From: Candidatus Levyibacteriota bacterium
Lineage (GTDB): Bacteria > Patescibacteriota > Microgenomatia > Levybacterales > UBA12049
Direction: 5' to 3'
DNA: 64,000 nt
Assembly: GCA_029260965.1 (NCBI GenBank)
Contig: JAJDCG010000002.1
Location: 60,523-124,522 of the forward strand
In this document: positions 9,428 to 18,149 of the stretch, piece after piece
Layout of the letters: every line of letters begins with the position of its first letter
How positions within the stretch are numbered: position 1 is the stretch's first letter
Program-made: the position numbers and the translations under genes
The notes under the pieces: model-generated
Database searches by the model: none
What the model saw: the letters and a program-made list of their open reading frames with translations, nothing else
What the model was told of the DNA's origin: nothing

Positions 9428-9717
9428 TTTCTCTTTGTTGAAAATGCTGCCATAAAGAAAAGCATTGCTATAATAAAATCAAAAAAAACCCAAGTGGATT
9501 TTGCTTGATAAATTGGGAGAATAGGATTGAATAAGAATGCTACGCCAGCAAATACTAACGCCCAACCCTGTAGTTTTGAGTTGTAGAAATTATAAGCAAC
9601 AATGGTAGAGGAAATTGAAATAGCCCAGCGGAGAAAAATATAATAGGCATATGGCCAATCTAGAATAGCAAGTAAGAGAGCGATCCCTGAAGCGATACAA
9701 AGCCATTTGATGTTCAT
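9424..9717 (-). CDS. Small multi-pass membrane protein (3 TM) of unknown function
   Basis: 97 aa and hydrophobic. First gene of a four-gene minus-strand operon. Confidence 0.5.
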   Translation of the reverse strand: MNIKWLCIASGIALLLAILDWPYAYYIFLRWAISISSTIVAYNFYNSKLQGWALVFAGVAFLFNPILPIYQAKSTWVFFDFIIAMLFFMAAFSTKRK

Positions 9718-9791
9718 TGTGTCAATACTTACTATATCATATATATTTAAATACCTCCAACAATGTGTTTCTTAAAAGATTTAATAATTAT

Positions 9792-9827
9792 CTGCTATAA
9801 TCTTCGGGCATGAATTTGTGGACGGGA
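9792..9827 (+). repeat. Copy B of the repeated extended -10 + ATGAAT element
   Basis: 'ctgctataatcttcgggcATGAATTTGTGGACGGGA'. TGCTATAAT is a perfect extended -10. It lies upstream of the 9983 gene. Confidence 0.5.
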
Positions 9828-9982
9828 TTACGATGACTGATACATTCTCTTCTGATCCGCGTTTGCTTTTCTGATAACTTCTTTTAATACCCTTTTCAAC
9901 TCAAATACAGATAGTACATTTCTACTTTTGTACCAACTAGGTTATTGTTGATTGTCTTATTTTTTGATACTCTAATTAGAGT

Positions 9983-10465
9983 ATGATTCTTAAGTTTATT
10001 TATTCTGTTTTCATAGGGGTTTTGCTAGCGACACTGATTGGGGTTGGGATCTCTGCTTTTTACAAATCTCCCAAGCCTCCTGATTATCCCACGAGGCTTA
10101 ATTTTTATGAAAAACCAATTGATGCAAGTGAATCAGCTGAGCTGAGAGTAGAACAGGAAAAATACGATAAAGTAAATAAAGATTTTCAGGAAAAAAATGA
10201 AGAATACAACCGCAATGTTTCAATAATTGCGATAATTGCAGCAATTATCACTCTGGTTGTCAGCCTTACGTTCTTCAAAAAACTGCTTGTGATAGCAGAT
10301 GGGTTACTGCTGGGTGGAGTTTTGACAGTTCTTTATGGGATTATCAGAGGTTTTGGAAGCCAAGATGAGACATTTAGATTTGTGGTCGTTCTTGTCGGAT
10401 TTTTGATATCACTTATCCTCGGTTATATAAAATTCATCAAGCCCCCAAAATCTCATAAAGCTTAA
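9983..10465 (+). CDS. Membrane protein of unknown function
   Basis: N-terminal TM, a charged coiled segment and 3 C-terminal TM helices. The ATG is preceded by 'TGATACTCT' 9 nt upstream, suggesting a leaderless transcript. Confidence 0.5.
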   Translation: MILKFIYSVFIGVLLATLIGVGISAFYKSPKPPDYPTRLNFYEKPIDASESAELRVEQEKYDKVNKDFQEKNEEYNRNVSIIAIIAAIITLVVSLTFFKKLLVIADGLLLGGVLTVLYGIIRGFGSQDETFRFVVVLVGFLISLILGYIKFIKPPKSHKA

Positions 10466-10511
10466 CAGGACAGGCTTTACGTGAAAAATATTTTGTGATA
10501 TTATTTTCATT

Positions 10512-11138
10512 GTGAGATCGGCAGAATATAATCCTGATAGAAGACGTGTGCTTGTAGGATTGGGTGCTGGTGTATTATACGCTGCTACTGCAAGTCTTAA
10601 AAAACCGCTTGATGTAGTCGCTTCATTATCGGTAGTTAATTCTCCAGATTCATTTTTTTTGCCAAATCCACAAAAGATTTCAGGTCAAGAGAGGGTGGAA
10701 AAGTTCGCTGAGCCGAGCTCAGAGCAATTACTAGATGTCCCGATGCAATATTTTCCACTACAGGGAATAATCAACGGCTCGCGTCAAATAAGAGGAGATG
10801 ATTATTTGGTTTGTACACCTACGCAGAGTTATCAAGAGATTTATGCACGTGTCTTTCCAATAATTGGGTCATGGGATCATTTTAAGGTAAGATTTGTTGA
10901 TTTTCCAGCGTATCCAGATAAGATAAAAAAAGAAGCGGAAGATAGAAATAGGAAAATTATTACGGTATTGGTTCCTTTCTCTGGTCCGATTGAAAAAATC
11001 ACACAGCTGTCTGTAGACAGGCCCCCTACGCCTGATGAGGTGGTAAGTCTTATTGCTAGAAGTAATCGGTTTCAGCTTGAGAATGGCGGAGATAATTATT
11101 TTACTGTGCTTTCTAGTAAGCAAGCAGTATTGAGTTAA
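10512..11138 (+). CDS. Hypothetical exported protein with a twin-arginine-like signal
   Basis: 'DRRRVLVGLGAGVLYAATASL' near the N-terminus. Probable GTG start. Confidence 0.5.
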   Translation: MRSAEYNPDRRRVLVGLGAGVLYAATASLKKPLDVVASLSVVNSPDSFFLPNPQKISGQERVEKFAEPSSEQLLDVPMQYFPLQGIINGSRQIRGDDYLVCTPTQSYQEIYARVFPIIGSWDHFKVRFVDFPAYPDKIKKEAEDRNRKIITVLVPFSGPIEKITQLSVDRPPTPDEVVSLIARSNRFQLENGGDNYFTVLSSKQAVLS

Positions 11139-11206
11139 TTTTCTTTGTCATAATAATATGGATAAAAAAAGAAGCAATAAATGTTTTCATAAAACTTTAA
11201 TATATC

Positions 11207-11245
11207 TGCTATAATCTTTGGATATGAATCTATCAATCGGAACAG
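11207..11245 (+). repeat. Copy C of the repeated extended -10 + ATGAATCTATCAATCGGA element
   Basis: 'ctgctataatctttggatATGAATCTATCAATCGGAACA'. It shares a ~36-nt core with copy A. It lies between convergent genes. Confidence 0.5.
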
Positions 11246-11368
11246 ATCGAGTCAGAATCAACTTAATTATTTAGGCTCAAATAAAGAAAAAAGTTATCTA
11301 ATTCCTTTTGAGTTAATTATTGATTTACCTCTTTCCAAATTTATTCCAAAATTTCTGATCAAACACGG

Positions 11369-12076
11369 CTAGAGCTCATTAAGAATTCCTCCATAGTTAT
11401 TTGGAGTGTATTTGTCTCCGATAAATATTGGATAAGCAGGACTTTTTACTCCCATTTTATCTGCGAGACTTTTATTTATTGGATTGAATGCTTTTAAGTT
11501 TTTACTCGGTAAATTGAGTTTATTTTTATCTTCAAGAGTCATTCTATATACAAAACGGAATTTTTTTACTTTTCTGGCAAGCGGAATTTCATTCATCTTT
11601 GAAAGTTTAAAAATACGCTTATACCATAAGTTTGCATTCATAAGTTTACTTGCAAGGCTTATTTCAATTGAAACACAATTAGAGGTGTATTTATTTATGC
11701 AATCATAGTCGGCAATAATTACTTTGTTTAAACCAAAATAAGAAGCAGTGTCATACAGTTTTTTGTCTGCAAGATCTCCGACAAAAACACAATCATTATC
11801 TGGACAATGTGTGTTATGAAAATCAAAGACAAGATCGTATTTTTTGCAAAGATTTAATAAATATGATGCGCGTTTCTGTTCATAAGATTTACCTTGAGAA
11901 TTGCCGGGAAAAGAACGATTTAAATCATCTTTTATAAACCGGCAATTATCTTTAACCGCGTTTTCATTTGCTAATACAACATCGATATTTTCAATTCTCT
12001 TTTCTTGAAATAATCGCACCAACTCAATACCTAGAGGTTCGTTTCCGTGCATGCCACCAATTACTAATATCTTCAT
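11369..12076 (-). CDS. Succinylglutamate desuccinylase/aspartoacylase (AstE/AspA) family zinc hydrolase
   Basis: 'MKILVIGGMHGNEPLG' matches the GxHGNE metal-binding signature of PF04952. ATGA overlap with the upstream gene. Confidence 0.75.
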   Translation of the reverse strand: MKILVIGGMHGNEPLGIELVRLFQEKRIENIDVVLANENAVKDNCRFIKDDLNRSFPGNSQGKSYEQKRASYLLNLCKKYDLVFDFHNTHCPDNDCVFVGDLADKKLYDTASYFGLNKVIIADYDCINKYTSNCVSIEISLASKLMNANLWYKRIFKLSKMNEIPLARKVKKFRFVYRMTLEDKNKLNLPSKNLKAFNPINKSLADKMGVKSPAYPIFIGDKYTPNNYGGILNEL

Positions 12077-12741
12077 TTTTGCCCTCCCCAGTTGATAACT
12101 ACGAAATCTCTTCTGTCAGGAACTTCAATATTTCTTTCATAAACTATTGCTTGATCTCCAAAGTCTCTTGTAGGCGCTACTATCATTTGAGAAGCAATTG
12201 TTCGATATACTAATTTATTTGCCTGCAACTCTCTTGCCAATCCAATACACATTCCGCTAAAGTTTTGAAGATTGCCCCTCGGTTTCTTTACACGGTCTGC
12301 AAACACTTCATCAAGCCACATTATAGGTTCTGTTCCCAATTTTTCCATCATCCAAGAGGACATCGCTGGAACATCAGGATATCGTTCTTCTGCAATTCTA
12401 TAAGGAGTCTCAAGCCATGCAAGAGCAAACAAAGTAGCTCCGACCTCTCCCTTTTCCATATACCAAGCTGTAGGACGCGTTTTTGCAATCATATCAAATT
12501 TACTGACAAGTTCTCCTTGCTCATAAGCAGTCTTTATTGGACAATTTCCACACATCTCACAATTTGCACCAATTGGCAGAGAAGAAAATCCTCCTGCACA
12601 ACGTTGGACTGAAGAGTAGTCCACGCACTTACTTACCTCAAGCCAAGGCTCTCCTGCGAATGCAGCCTGATAGACAGGAACGACCTCGTCATAAAGGCTT
12701 TTAATCTCATTTGGTTTATAAAAATTTCCAAGCTCTTTCAT
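12073..12741 (-). CDS. Cys-rich hypothetical protein (CxxCxxC cluster)
   Basis: 222 aa with 'SSVQRCAGGFSSLPIGANCEMCGNCP'. No family recognised. GC content looks somewhat higher than the surroundings. Translationally coupled to the AstE/AspA-like gene. Confidence 0.55.
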   Translation of the reverse strand: MKELGNFYKPNEIKSLYDEVVPVYQAAFAGEPWLEVSKCVDYSSVQRCAGGFSSLPIGANCEMCGNCPIKTAYEQGELVSKFDMIAKTRPTAWYMEKGEVGATLFALAWLETPYRIAEERYPDVPAMSSWMMEKLGTEPIMWLDEVFADRVKKPRGNLQNFSGMCIGLARELQANKLVYRTIASQMIVAPTRDFGDQAIVYERNIEVPDRRDFVVINWGGQK

Positions 12742-12810
12742 AATTGTTTTGCCACAAAAAAACCAGCTTTTTCGCTAAACTTAATTCACTTAATGTAAAT
12801 TAGTTAGCTA

Positions 12811-13131
12811 TTAGCTGGCTAAATTGTGATGATTTATTAAACTTATTGCTTCTTTGTATCCATTACATCCGTTTTGCAACCATTCACTTATTCGAGCAAC
12901 TGTTCTGCTACTTAATTTTGTTTCAGTAGTAATTTTTTCATATTTTTCTCCACGGGAAAGCATTTTTGCAGCCTCAAGTCTTGCTGCAATTTCAATGATT
13001 TCTTTCTCGGTCATAACGTCTCTTAAAAAGTTTTGCATTGTTTTTACATCAGAAATCTCACACACAACTTGTGCGAGTTGTTTAGTGTTCTTTTCTGTCC
13101 AAACATTTTTCATATTTAAATACTTTACCAT
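12811..13131 (-). CDS. TrpR-like YerC/YecD-family DNA-binding protein
   Basis: About 100 aa. '...EKEIIEIAARLEAAKMLSRGEKYEKITTETKLSSRTVARISEWLQNG' has the Trp-repressor-like HTH signature. The true start may be the internal Met (MKNVW). Confidence 0.65.
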   Translation of the reverse strand: MVKYLNMKNVWTEKNTKQLAQVVCEISDVKTMQNFLRDVMTEKEIIEIAARLEAAKMLSRGEKYEKITTETKLSSRTVARISEWLQNGCNGYKEAISLINHHNLAS

Positions 13132-13215
13132 AGTAAAGTGAGTATGTCAAGTTTATTTAACAGGGACTTAGCTAACCTTTCTTGCTATAATAGCCTTTAT
13201 GAAAGGATGTCGAGT

Positions 13216-14319
13216 ATGAACTTGAGTGTCGGGATTGTTGGGCTTCCTAATATTGGAAAATCTACATTGTTTAACGCGCTTCTCAAAAAACAGCAAGCTC
13301 TTGCTGCCAATTATCCATTTGCAACAATTGAGCCAAATGTCGGAGTAGTTCCCGTGCCAGATGCCCGACTGGAGGCGCTAGCAGAAATCACAAAGACTGA
13401 GGAAAAAATGAGTGAGCTGCCGCCAATAAAGCCTGCAACAGTTGAGTTTTATGATATCGCAGGTCTTGTCAAGGGCGCCAGTACTGGAGCAGGACTGGGG
13501 AATAAATTTTTATCTCACATCCGTGAGGTGTCAGTGATTGCCCATGTGGTTCGAGCATTTGAGGATCCTGATGTGATCAAAGAGGGAGCAGTTGATCCAA
13601 AATCAGATTATGAAGTGATAAATGCGGAATTGATCATTGCAGATTTACAGACACTTGAAAATGTAAATTTGAAAAAGCATGAATCAGAAATCAAAAATTA
13701 TAAAGAAGTGATAGAAAGACTGAAAGAAGCCCTGAACAAGGGCATATCTGCAAGAGATGTTGATTTGTCAGATGAGGAAAGAGATGCAGTAAGAGAGCTT
13801 TTTCTTTTATCAAGCAAACCTGAGATAACGGTTCTGAATCTGTCTGAGGATCAGTATACCCCTCAGGGAATTGATGAAATGGTGAATGAATATGCTAGGG
13901 GATTGGGTATTGATGCTGAAAACATAGTCGCCATTTCTGCCAGGATAGAGTCAGAGCTGGCCTCTCTATCAGAGGAGGAGCAGAAAGAATATCTGAAAGA
14001 TTTAGGTTTGGATCGATCAGGACTGGAGAGATTGATTCAGAAAGCTTATAAAAAGCTTGGTTTGATTTCATTTTTGACAGCAGGGGAGAAGGAAGTTCGT
14101 GCTTGGACTACTCGGCTCGGCGCAACAGCGCCTGAGGCAGCAGGGGAGATACATACTGATTTTACCAAAAAATTTATAAAGGCAGAGGTTGTGGGATTTG
14201 ATGATTTTGAAGAAAACGGGGGTTGGAAAGGAGCAAGAGAAAAAGGCAAAGCGCGTCTTGAGGGGAAAGACTATGTCATGAAAGACGGCGACGTAGTGGA
14301 GTTCAAAATCGGGAGTTGA
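13216..14319 (+). CDS. ychF: Ribosome-binding ATPase YchF (Obg-family GTPase)
   Basis: 'MNLSVGIVGLPNIGKSTLFNAL' is a P-loop, followed by a TGS domain. RBS 'AAAGGA' lies 9 nt upstream of ATG 13216. The ORF-track N-terminal extension was discarded. Confidence 0.9.
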   Translation: MNLSVGIVGLPNIGKSTLFNALLKKQQALAANYPFATIEPNVGVVPVPDARLEALAEITKTEEKMSELPPIKPATVEFYDIAGLVKGASTGAGLGNKFLSHIREVSVIAHVVRAFEDPDVIKEGAVDPKSDYEVINAELIIADLQTLENVNLKKHESEIKNYKEVIERLKEALNKGISARDVDLSDEERDAVRELFLLSSKPEITVLNLSEDQYTPQGIDEMVNEYARGLGIDAENIVAISARIESELASLSEEEQKEYLKDLGLDRSGLERLIQKAYKKLGLISFLTAGEKEVRAWTTRLGATAPEAAGEIHTDFTKKFIKAEVVGFDDFEENGGWKGAREKGKARLEGKDYVMKDGDVVEFKIGS

Positions 14320-14322
14320 ATC

Positions 14323-14811
14323 TTGCGTTTTAGTTTTTTCATTGTTATTATTTGGTTGATGTTTGAATCTGGGCGTTTTCGGGATCAAAATGGAAAAGAA
14401 TCAGACAATCTTAATAGGCCTTCTAGTTTTGTAGTCAGTGAAAAAACAGACGATGGTCGCGAAGGACCAGCTGTGAGGCTTTGCGTTGGTAGTAAAGTTA
14501 CTTTTTATCATAATAAAAATACCGTTGCATGTCTCAGAGTAGTAGGTCCAACAACTGCTGATGTAGTGATAAGTAGGAGAGGCTCAAGGTTTGTTGTGAA
14601 TCATGGCTGGACCTTTGATGCAGAAGGAAAAGGACACCTGACTGTAACAGACTATGGAATAAAAAAAATAGCAGCTATAAATCCAGGGGGTTTGCGAATC
14701 GACAATGATGGTATACAAAGTAATAATATGGAAATTAGGTATAGAAAAATTGATTCACCTATCCCTGTGACTGTTTTTCCTGCTTCATCTGCTATCGATC
14801 CTGTATATTGA
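14323..14811 (+). CDS. Hypothetical protein (start uncertain)
   Basis: ORF with a hydrophobic N-terminus and no recognisable domain. Confidence 0.4.
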   Translation: MRFSFFIVIIWLMFESGRFRDQNGKESDNLNRPSSFVVSEKTDDGREGPAVRLCVGSKVTFYHNKNTVACLRVVGPTTADVVISRRGSRFVVNHGWTFDAEGKGHLTVTDYGIKKIAAINPGGLRIDNDGIQSNNMEIRYRKIDSPIPVTVFPASSAIDPVY

Positions 14812-14862
14812 ATTTTATTTCCTACTTGAGTTCAGGTTCTTTTCTGTGTTAGAATAAGGCTC

Positions 14863-15138
14863 ATGAGACTTTATGAATTAGTAGTTGTTCTGCGTCCAAG
14901 CCTCAAGGATACAGAGCGCAAGAAAGTTCTAGATACAGTCAAGGGATTTCTTGATAAAGTAAAAATAAAAAGCGAGGATGATTGGGGGAAAAAGCCACTT
15001 GCTTACAAAATAAAAAAAGAGGTATCAGGACACTATGTTCAGCTCAAGTTGGAGGGAGAATCAATCGCCAAGGATTTTGAAACTAGACTTATCAGGGACG
15101 AGAACATATTGAGACACTTGTTACTTCGCACAAAATAG
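14863..15138 (+). CDS. rpsF: 30S ribosomal protein S6
   Basis: 'MRLYELVVVLRPSL...' is S6-like, and the gene lies in the conserved rpsF-ssb-rpsR arrangement. Confidence 0.85.
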   Translation: MRLYELVVVLRPSLKDTERKKVLDTVKGFLDKVKIKSEDDWGKKPLAYKIKKEVSGHYVQLKLEGESIAKDFETRLIRDENILRHLLLRTK

Positions 15139-15157
15139 TTATAAGTTTTACAAGGTT

Positions 15158-15712
15158 ATGGCAAGGAGTTTGAACAAAGTACAATTGATAGGGAATTTGA
15201 CACGAGATCCTGAGTTGCGTTACACGCCAAACGGTAATGCAGTCGTGAGTTTTGGAATGGCAACTAATAGAGTCTGGACCACTGATAACGGTGAAAAAAG
15301 AGAAGAGGCTGATTTCCATAAAATAGTTGCCTGGAATAAATTGGCTGAGCTTTGTAGTCAATTTCTGACCAAAGGCCGAAAGGTATATGTGGAGGGAAGG
15401 CTCAGTACTCGTAGTTGGACAGGGCAAGATGGCTCATCAAAGCAGACAACCGAGGTGATAATTGACAATATGATTCTCCTTGACAATAAAGGATTGCAGG
15501 GTTCATCTGATAATCAAGTTGGTAATAATGACGAAGGTGAATCTCATGAAGAGGAAAATTCAGATGGAGAAGATAAAAAGGAGATTAAAGAGCAAGCAGT
15601 AGGTAAAAAGCAAAATGGAAAAAGTAAAAAGAAAGAGGTAGAGAAAGGTAGTAATGATTCTTCTACAAACTCAGGAGAAGATGAGGTCAAACCAGATGAT
15701 ATACCTTTTTAG
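15158..15712 (+). CDS. ssb: Single-stranded DNA-binding protein
   Basis: OB-fold 'VQLIGNLTRDPELRYTPNGNAVVSF...VAWNKLAE' and an acidic C-terminal tail ending in DDIPF. Confidence 0.9.
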   Translation: MARSLNKVQLIGNLTRDPELRYTPNGNAVVSFGMATNRVWTTDNGEKREEADFHKIVAWNKLAELCSQFLTKGRKVYVEGRLSTRSWTGQDGSSKQTTEVIIDNMILLDNKGLQGSSDNQVGNNDEGESHEEENSDGEDKKEIKEQAVGKKQNGKSKKKEVEKGSNDSSTNSGEDEVKPDDIPF

Positions 15713-15727
15713 ATATAAGATTTAAGA

Positions 15728-15976
15728 TTGAATATGAAAAAGAAAAGAAAATTTCCAAAGAAGAAGATAACTGTTCCCAAAACATGTCATTTTTGTGATG
15801 CGGAAAAAAATCCTTGGTATTCTGATACCAGTGATCTTCAAAAGTTCGTAAGTGATAGGGGCAAGATAATAACTAAAGTTAGAACAGGAATTTGCGCTAA
15901 GCATCAGAGGAGGCTGACAACATCAATTAAGCATGCAAGACATCTAGCTCTAATGCCATTTGTAGCTGGAGAGTAG
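15728..15976 (+). CDS. rpsR: 30S ribosomal protein S18
   Basis: 'CHFCDAEKNPWYSD...GKIITKVRTGICAKHQRRLTTSIKHARHLALMPF'. Confidence 0.9.
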   Translation: MNMKKKRKFPKKKITVPKTCHFCDAEKNPWYSDTSDLQKFVSDRGKIITKVRTGICAKHQRRLTTSIKHARHLALMPFVAGE

Positions 15977-16053
15977 TAGTGAATTTCTAATTTCAAATGA
16001 CTAATAATTTATTGGAATTTGATATTTGAAGTTGGTAGTTATTTGAAATCGAT

Positions 16054-16806
16054 ATGGTATCCTTGCCCATCTCCATCGCCAAAGGGTTTACCACAATTAT
16101 CAAAGCTGATGAGCAAATATTTCCAGGACAAATTATTGCCAGGAATACATCTAGAGAAAAAGACATAACTATAAATATTCCAAGTGCATTAAAAATTTCT
16201 GTAAGTGAATCAAAAACTGCTCTTTTAAAAATTCCAGGATCTGAAGTAAAAATAGGAGCTAAAATAGCTGTAGTGAGAGGATTTTTCGGAGCTGAAAAGA
16301 AAGCATTAAGAAGTAAAATTGACGGGTTTGTGACAAAATATAATAGGCAAACAGGTGATTTGATTATTAGAAATTTTTCTTATACTAAGAGCCCAGATGA
16401 GATCAGATCTCCAGTTGCTGGAATGGTCACAATATGCAATAATGAACAGGTTGTCATCGCAACATCCACCCACGCAATTACAGCCAGAAATTCAAGGGGC
16501 AATAATGCAACAGGGGAGCTGTTTGTGATTGATGGAGAGGATATACTCTTCCTGAATAAAGACATAATAGGCAAGATAGTTGCTGGAAGAAGTTTTACTC
16601 GGGAAATGATATCTAAGGCAATAGGAATCGGAGCAGCTGGTCTTGTCGGAGAAGTACTTGAAGGAATGGATGAGTTTTCTGAAAAATATCCAGAAATGTC
16701 ATTATTGGAGTTGGATGCAAAGAATATGGATGAGTTAATCTCTTATAGAGATAAAAAAGTTTTTATAGATGGTAAAACAAAAGCAATTATACCACTTGAA
16801 ATATGA
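16054..16806 (+). CDS. Hypothetical protein, translationally coupled to the downstream S41 peptidase
   Basis: 250 aa with no recognised family. Its stop overlaps the peptidase start (ATGA at 16803). Confidence 0.45.
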   Translation: MVSLPISIAKGFTTIIKADEQIFPGQIIARNTSREKDITINIPSALKISVSESKTALLKIPGSEVKIGAKIAVVRGFFGAEKKALRSKIDGFVTKYNRQTGDLIIRNFSYTKSPDEIRSPVAGMVTICNNEQVVIATSTHAITARNSRGNNATGELFVIDGEDILFLNKDIIGKIVAGRSFTREMISKAIGIGAAGLVGEVLEGMDEFSEKYPEMSLLELDAKNMDELISYRDKKVFIDGKTKAIIPLEI

Positions 16807-18092
16807 ATTTAAAAAGAAATAGTAAAATTAGATTTATTTTGGCGGTGCTTGTAGCAGCGCTTGCTGGATATACGGTTGGTGTTACCAAGATTGATATTGA
16901 TTTTAAAAATTACCAACCCAAAGTAGAGATTGCAAGCAAAGAGCCTCCAGCATCTGTGACGCAGGTTGACTTTAGTCCGATGTGGCAGGTATTGTCCCAG
17001 ATTGAGCAAAATTATTATGACAAAAACGCGATTGATGCTCAGAAAATTCTAAATGGCGCAATACAGGGTATGGTTGCAAGTCTTGATGATCCATATACTG
17101 TCTATCTGCCACCTCAGGAAAATACTGATTTCAAACAGGGGCTTGCAGGAAAATTTGAGGGAATAGGTGCAGAGCTGGGGATGAGAGACAACCAGATTAT
17201 CATTGTTGCTCCACTTGATGGATCTCCTGCGAAAGCAGCAGGTGTGGGTGTGGAAGATGCGATTTTGAGCGTGGATAATAAATCAACGGCAGGATGGACA
17301 CTCAGGGAGGCAGTTGACAGGATCCGTGGACCAAAAGGAACAGAGGTTATGCTTACTCTTTTAGCTGCAGGATCTAATCAGCCAAGAGATGTAAAAATCG
17401 TGCGAGATACAATTACTTTAAAAAGCCTTACATCGTGGACAAAATCGGTGAAAGACATAGAGGGCATAGAGCAAACAAATATTCTTAAAAACGCAGCTGA
17501 CAAGAAAATCATTTATATCAGGCTTTCACAGTTTGGTGATACTACAAATGGAGAGTGGCTAACCCTGGCAAACGAATTGGATAGAAAGTTAAAAGAAGAT
17601 GGTTCCATAGAGGGAGTAGTGTTTGATCTGCGCAATAATCCCGGGGGTTATCTGAATGATGCTGTATATATAGTATCGGAGTTTGTAAAGTCTGGAACAG
17701 CGGTGATGCAGGAAGATCGTGAAGGGGATCGAAGAGAATTTAAGGTTTCTGGGAAAGGCCTTTTGACAAATGTCCCACTTGTGGTTTTGATAAACAAGGG
17801 CTCAGCATCAGCAAGTGAGATTGTGGCAGGGGCTATAAGAGACAATGACAGGGGAGTATTAGTTGGTACAGCTTCCTTTGGAAAGGGAACTATCCAGCAG
17901 GCAGATGATCTGGGTGGAGGCGCAGGTCTTCATGTGACGATTGCCAAGTGGCTTACGCCTGATGGCACATGGGTTGGAAACGGCAAAGACGGTGACGGTC
18001 TTGTCCCTGATATTGAGGTAGATTTGCCAGAAGATCCAGATATACTGCGTGATACACAACTTGAACTCGCTATTGAAGAATTGATAAAGTAA
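16803..18092 (+). CDS. Carboxy-terminal processing peptidase (S41 family, PDZ domain)
   Basis: PDZ region 'FEGIGAELGMRDNQIIIVAPLDGSPAKAAGV' and S41 catalytic region 'VVLINKGSASASEIVAGAIRDNDRGVLVGTASFGKGTIQ'. N-terminal TM anchor. Confidence 0.85.
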   Translation: MNLKRNSKIRFILAVLVAALAGYTVGVTKIDIDFKNYQPKVEIASKEPPASVTQVDFSPMWQVLSQIEQNYYDKNAIDAQKILNGAIQGMVASLDDPYTVYLPPQENTDFKQGLAGKFEGIGAELGMRDNQIIIVAPLDGSPAKAAGVGVEDAILSVDNKSTAGWTLREAVDRIRGPKGTEVMLTLLAAGSNQPRDVKIVRDTITLKSLTSWTKSVKDIEGIEQTNILKNAADKKIIYIRLSQFGDTTNGEWLTLANELDRKLKEDGSIEGVVFDLRNNPGGYLNDAVYIVSEFVKSGTAVMQEDREGDRREFKVSGKGLLTNVPLVVLINKGSASASEIVAGAIRDNDRGVLVGTASFGKGTIQQADDLGGGAGLHVTIAKWLTPDGTWVGNGKDGDGLVPDIEVDLPEDPDILRDTQLELAIEELIK

Positions 18093-18149
18093 AGTAAAAT
18101 CTCTCTACCTCTTGCAAAGATGAATAATTATCATTATAATATCTGAATA

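Noticed and set aside
11225-11275. Micro-ORF MNLSIGTDR... in repeat copy C resembling the YchF N-terminus (MNLSVGIVG)
   Set aside because: There is similarity only at the first five amino acids and none at the DNA level (different codons). It is probably coincidence, not a gene fragment.
12854-13141. 95-aa plus-strand ORF antisense to the TrpR-like gene
   Set aside because: It lies entirely inside a well-supported minus-strand gene. It is low-complexity and Phe/Ser-rich, with no start-codon context. It looks like a shadow ORF.
13138-13215. ORF-track N-terminal extensions (ychF 13138, rpmE to 21875, FemAB 31763, hydrolase 29867, TPR 41686)
   Set aside because: The extensions lack homology and overlap upstream genes. 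Internal Met codons with better RBS or overlap geometry match the conserved N-termini of the families.
14323-14440. Alternative start MEKNQTILIGLLVL (14390) requiring a +1 T insertion in a T4 run to join the 14323..14811 ORF
   Set aside because: T4 is not a convincing slippery homopolymer. The annotated frame already provides a hydrophobic N-terminus. It cannot be decided from sequence alone.
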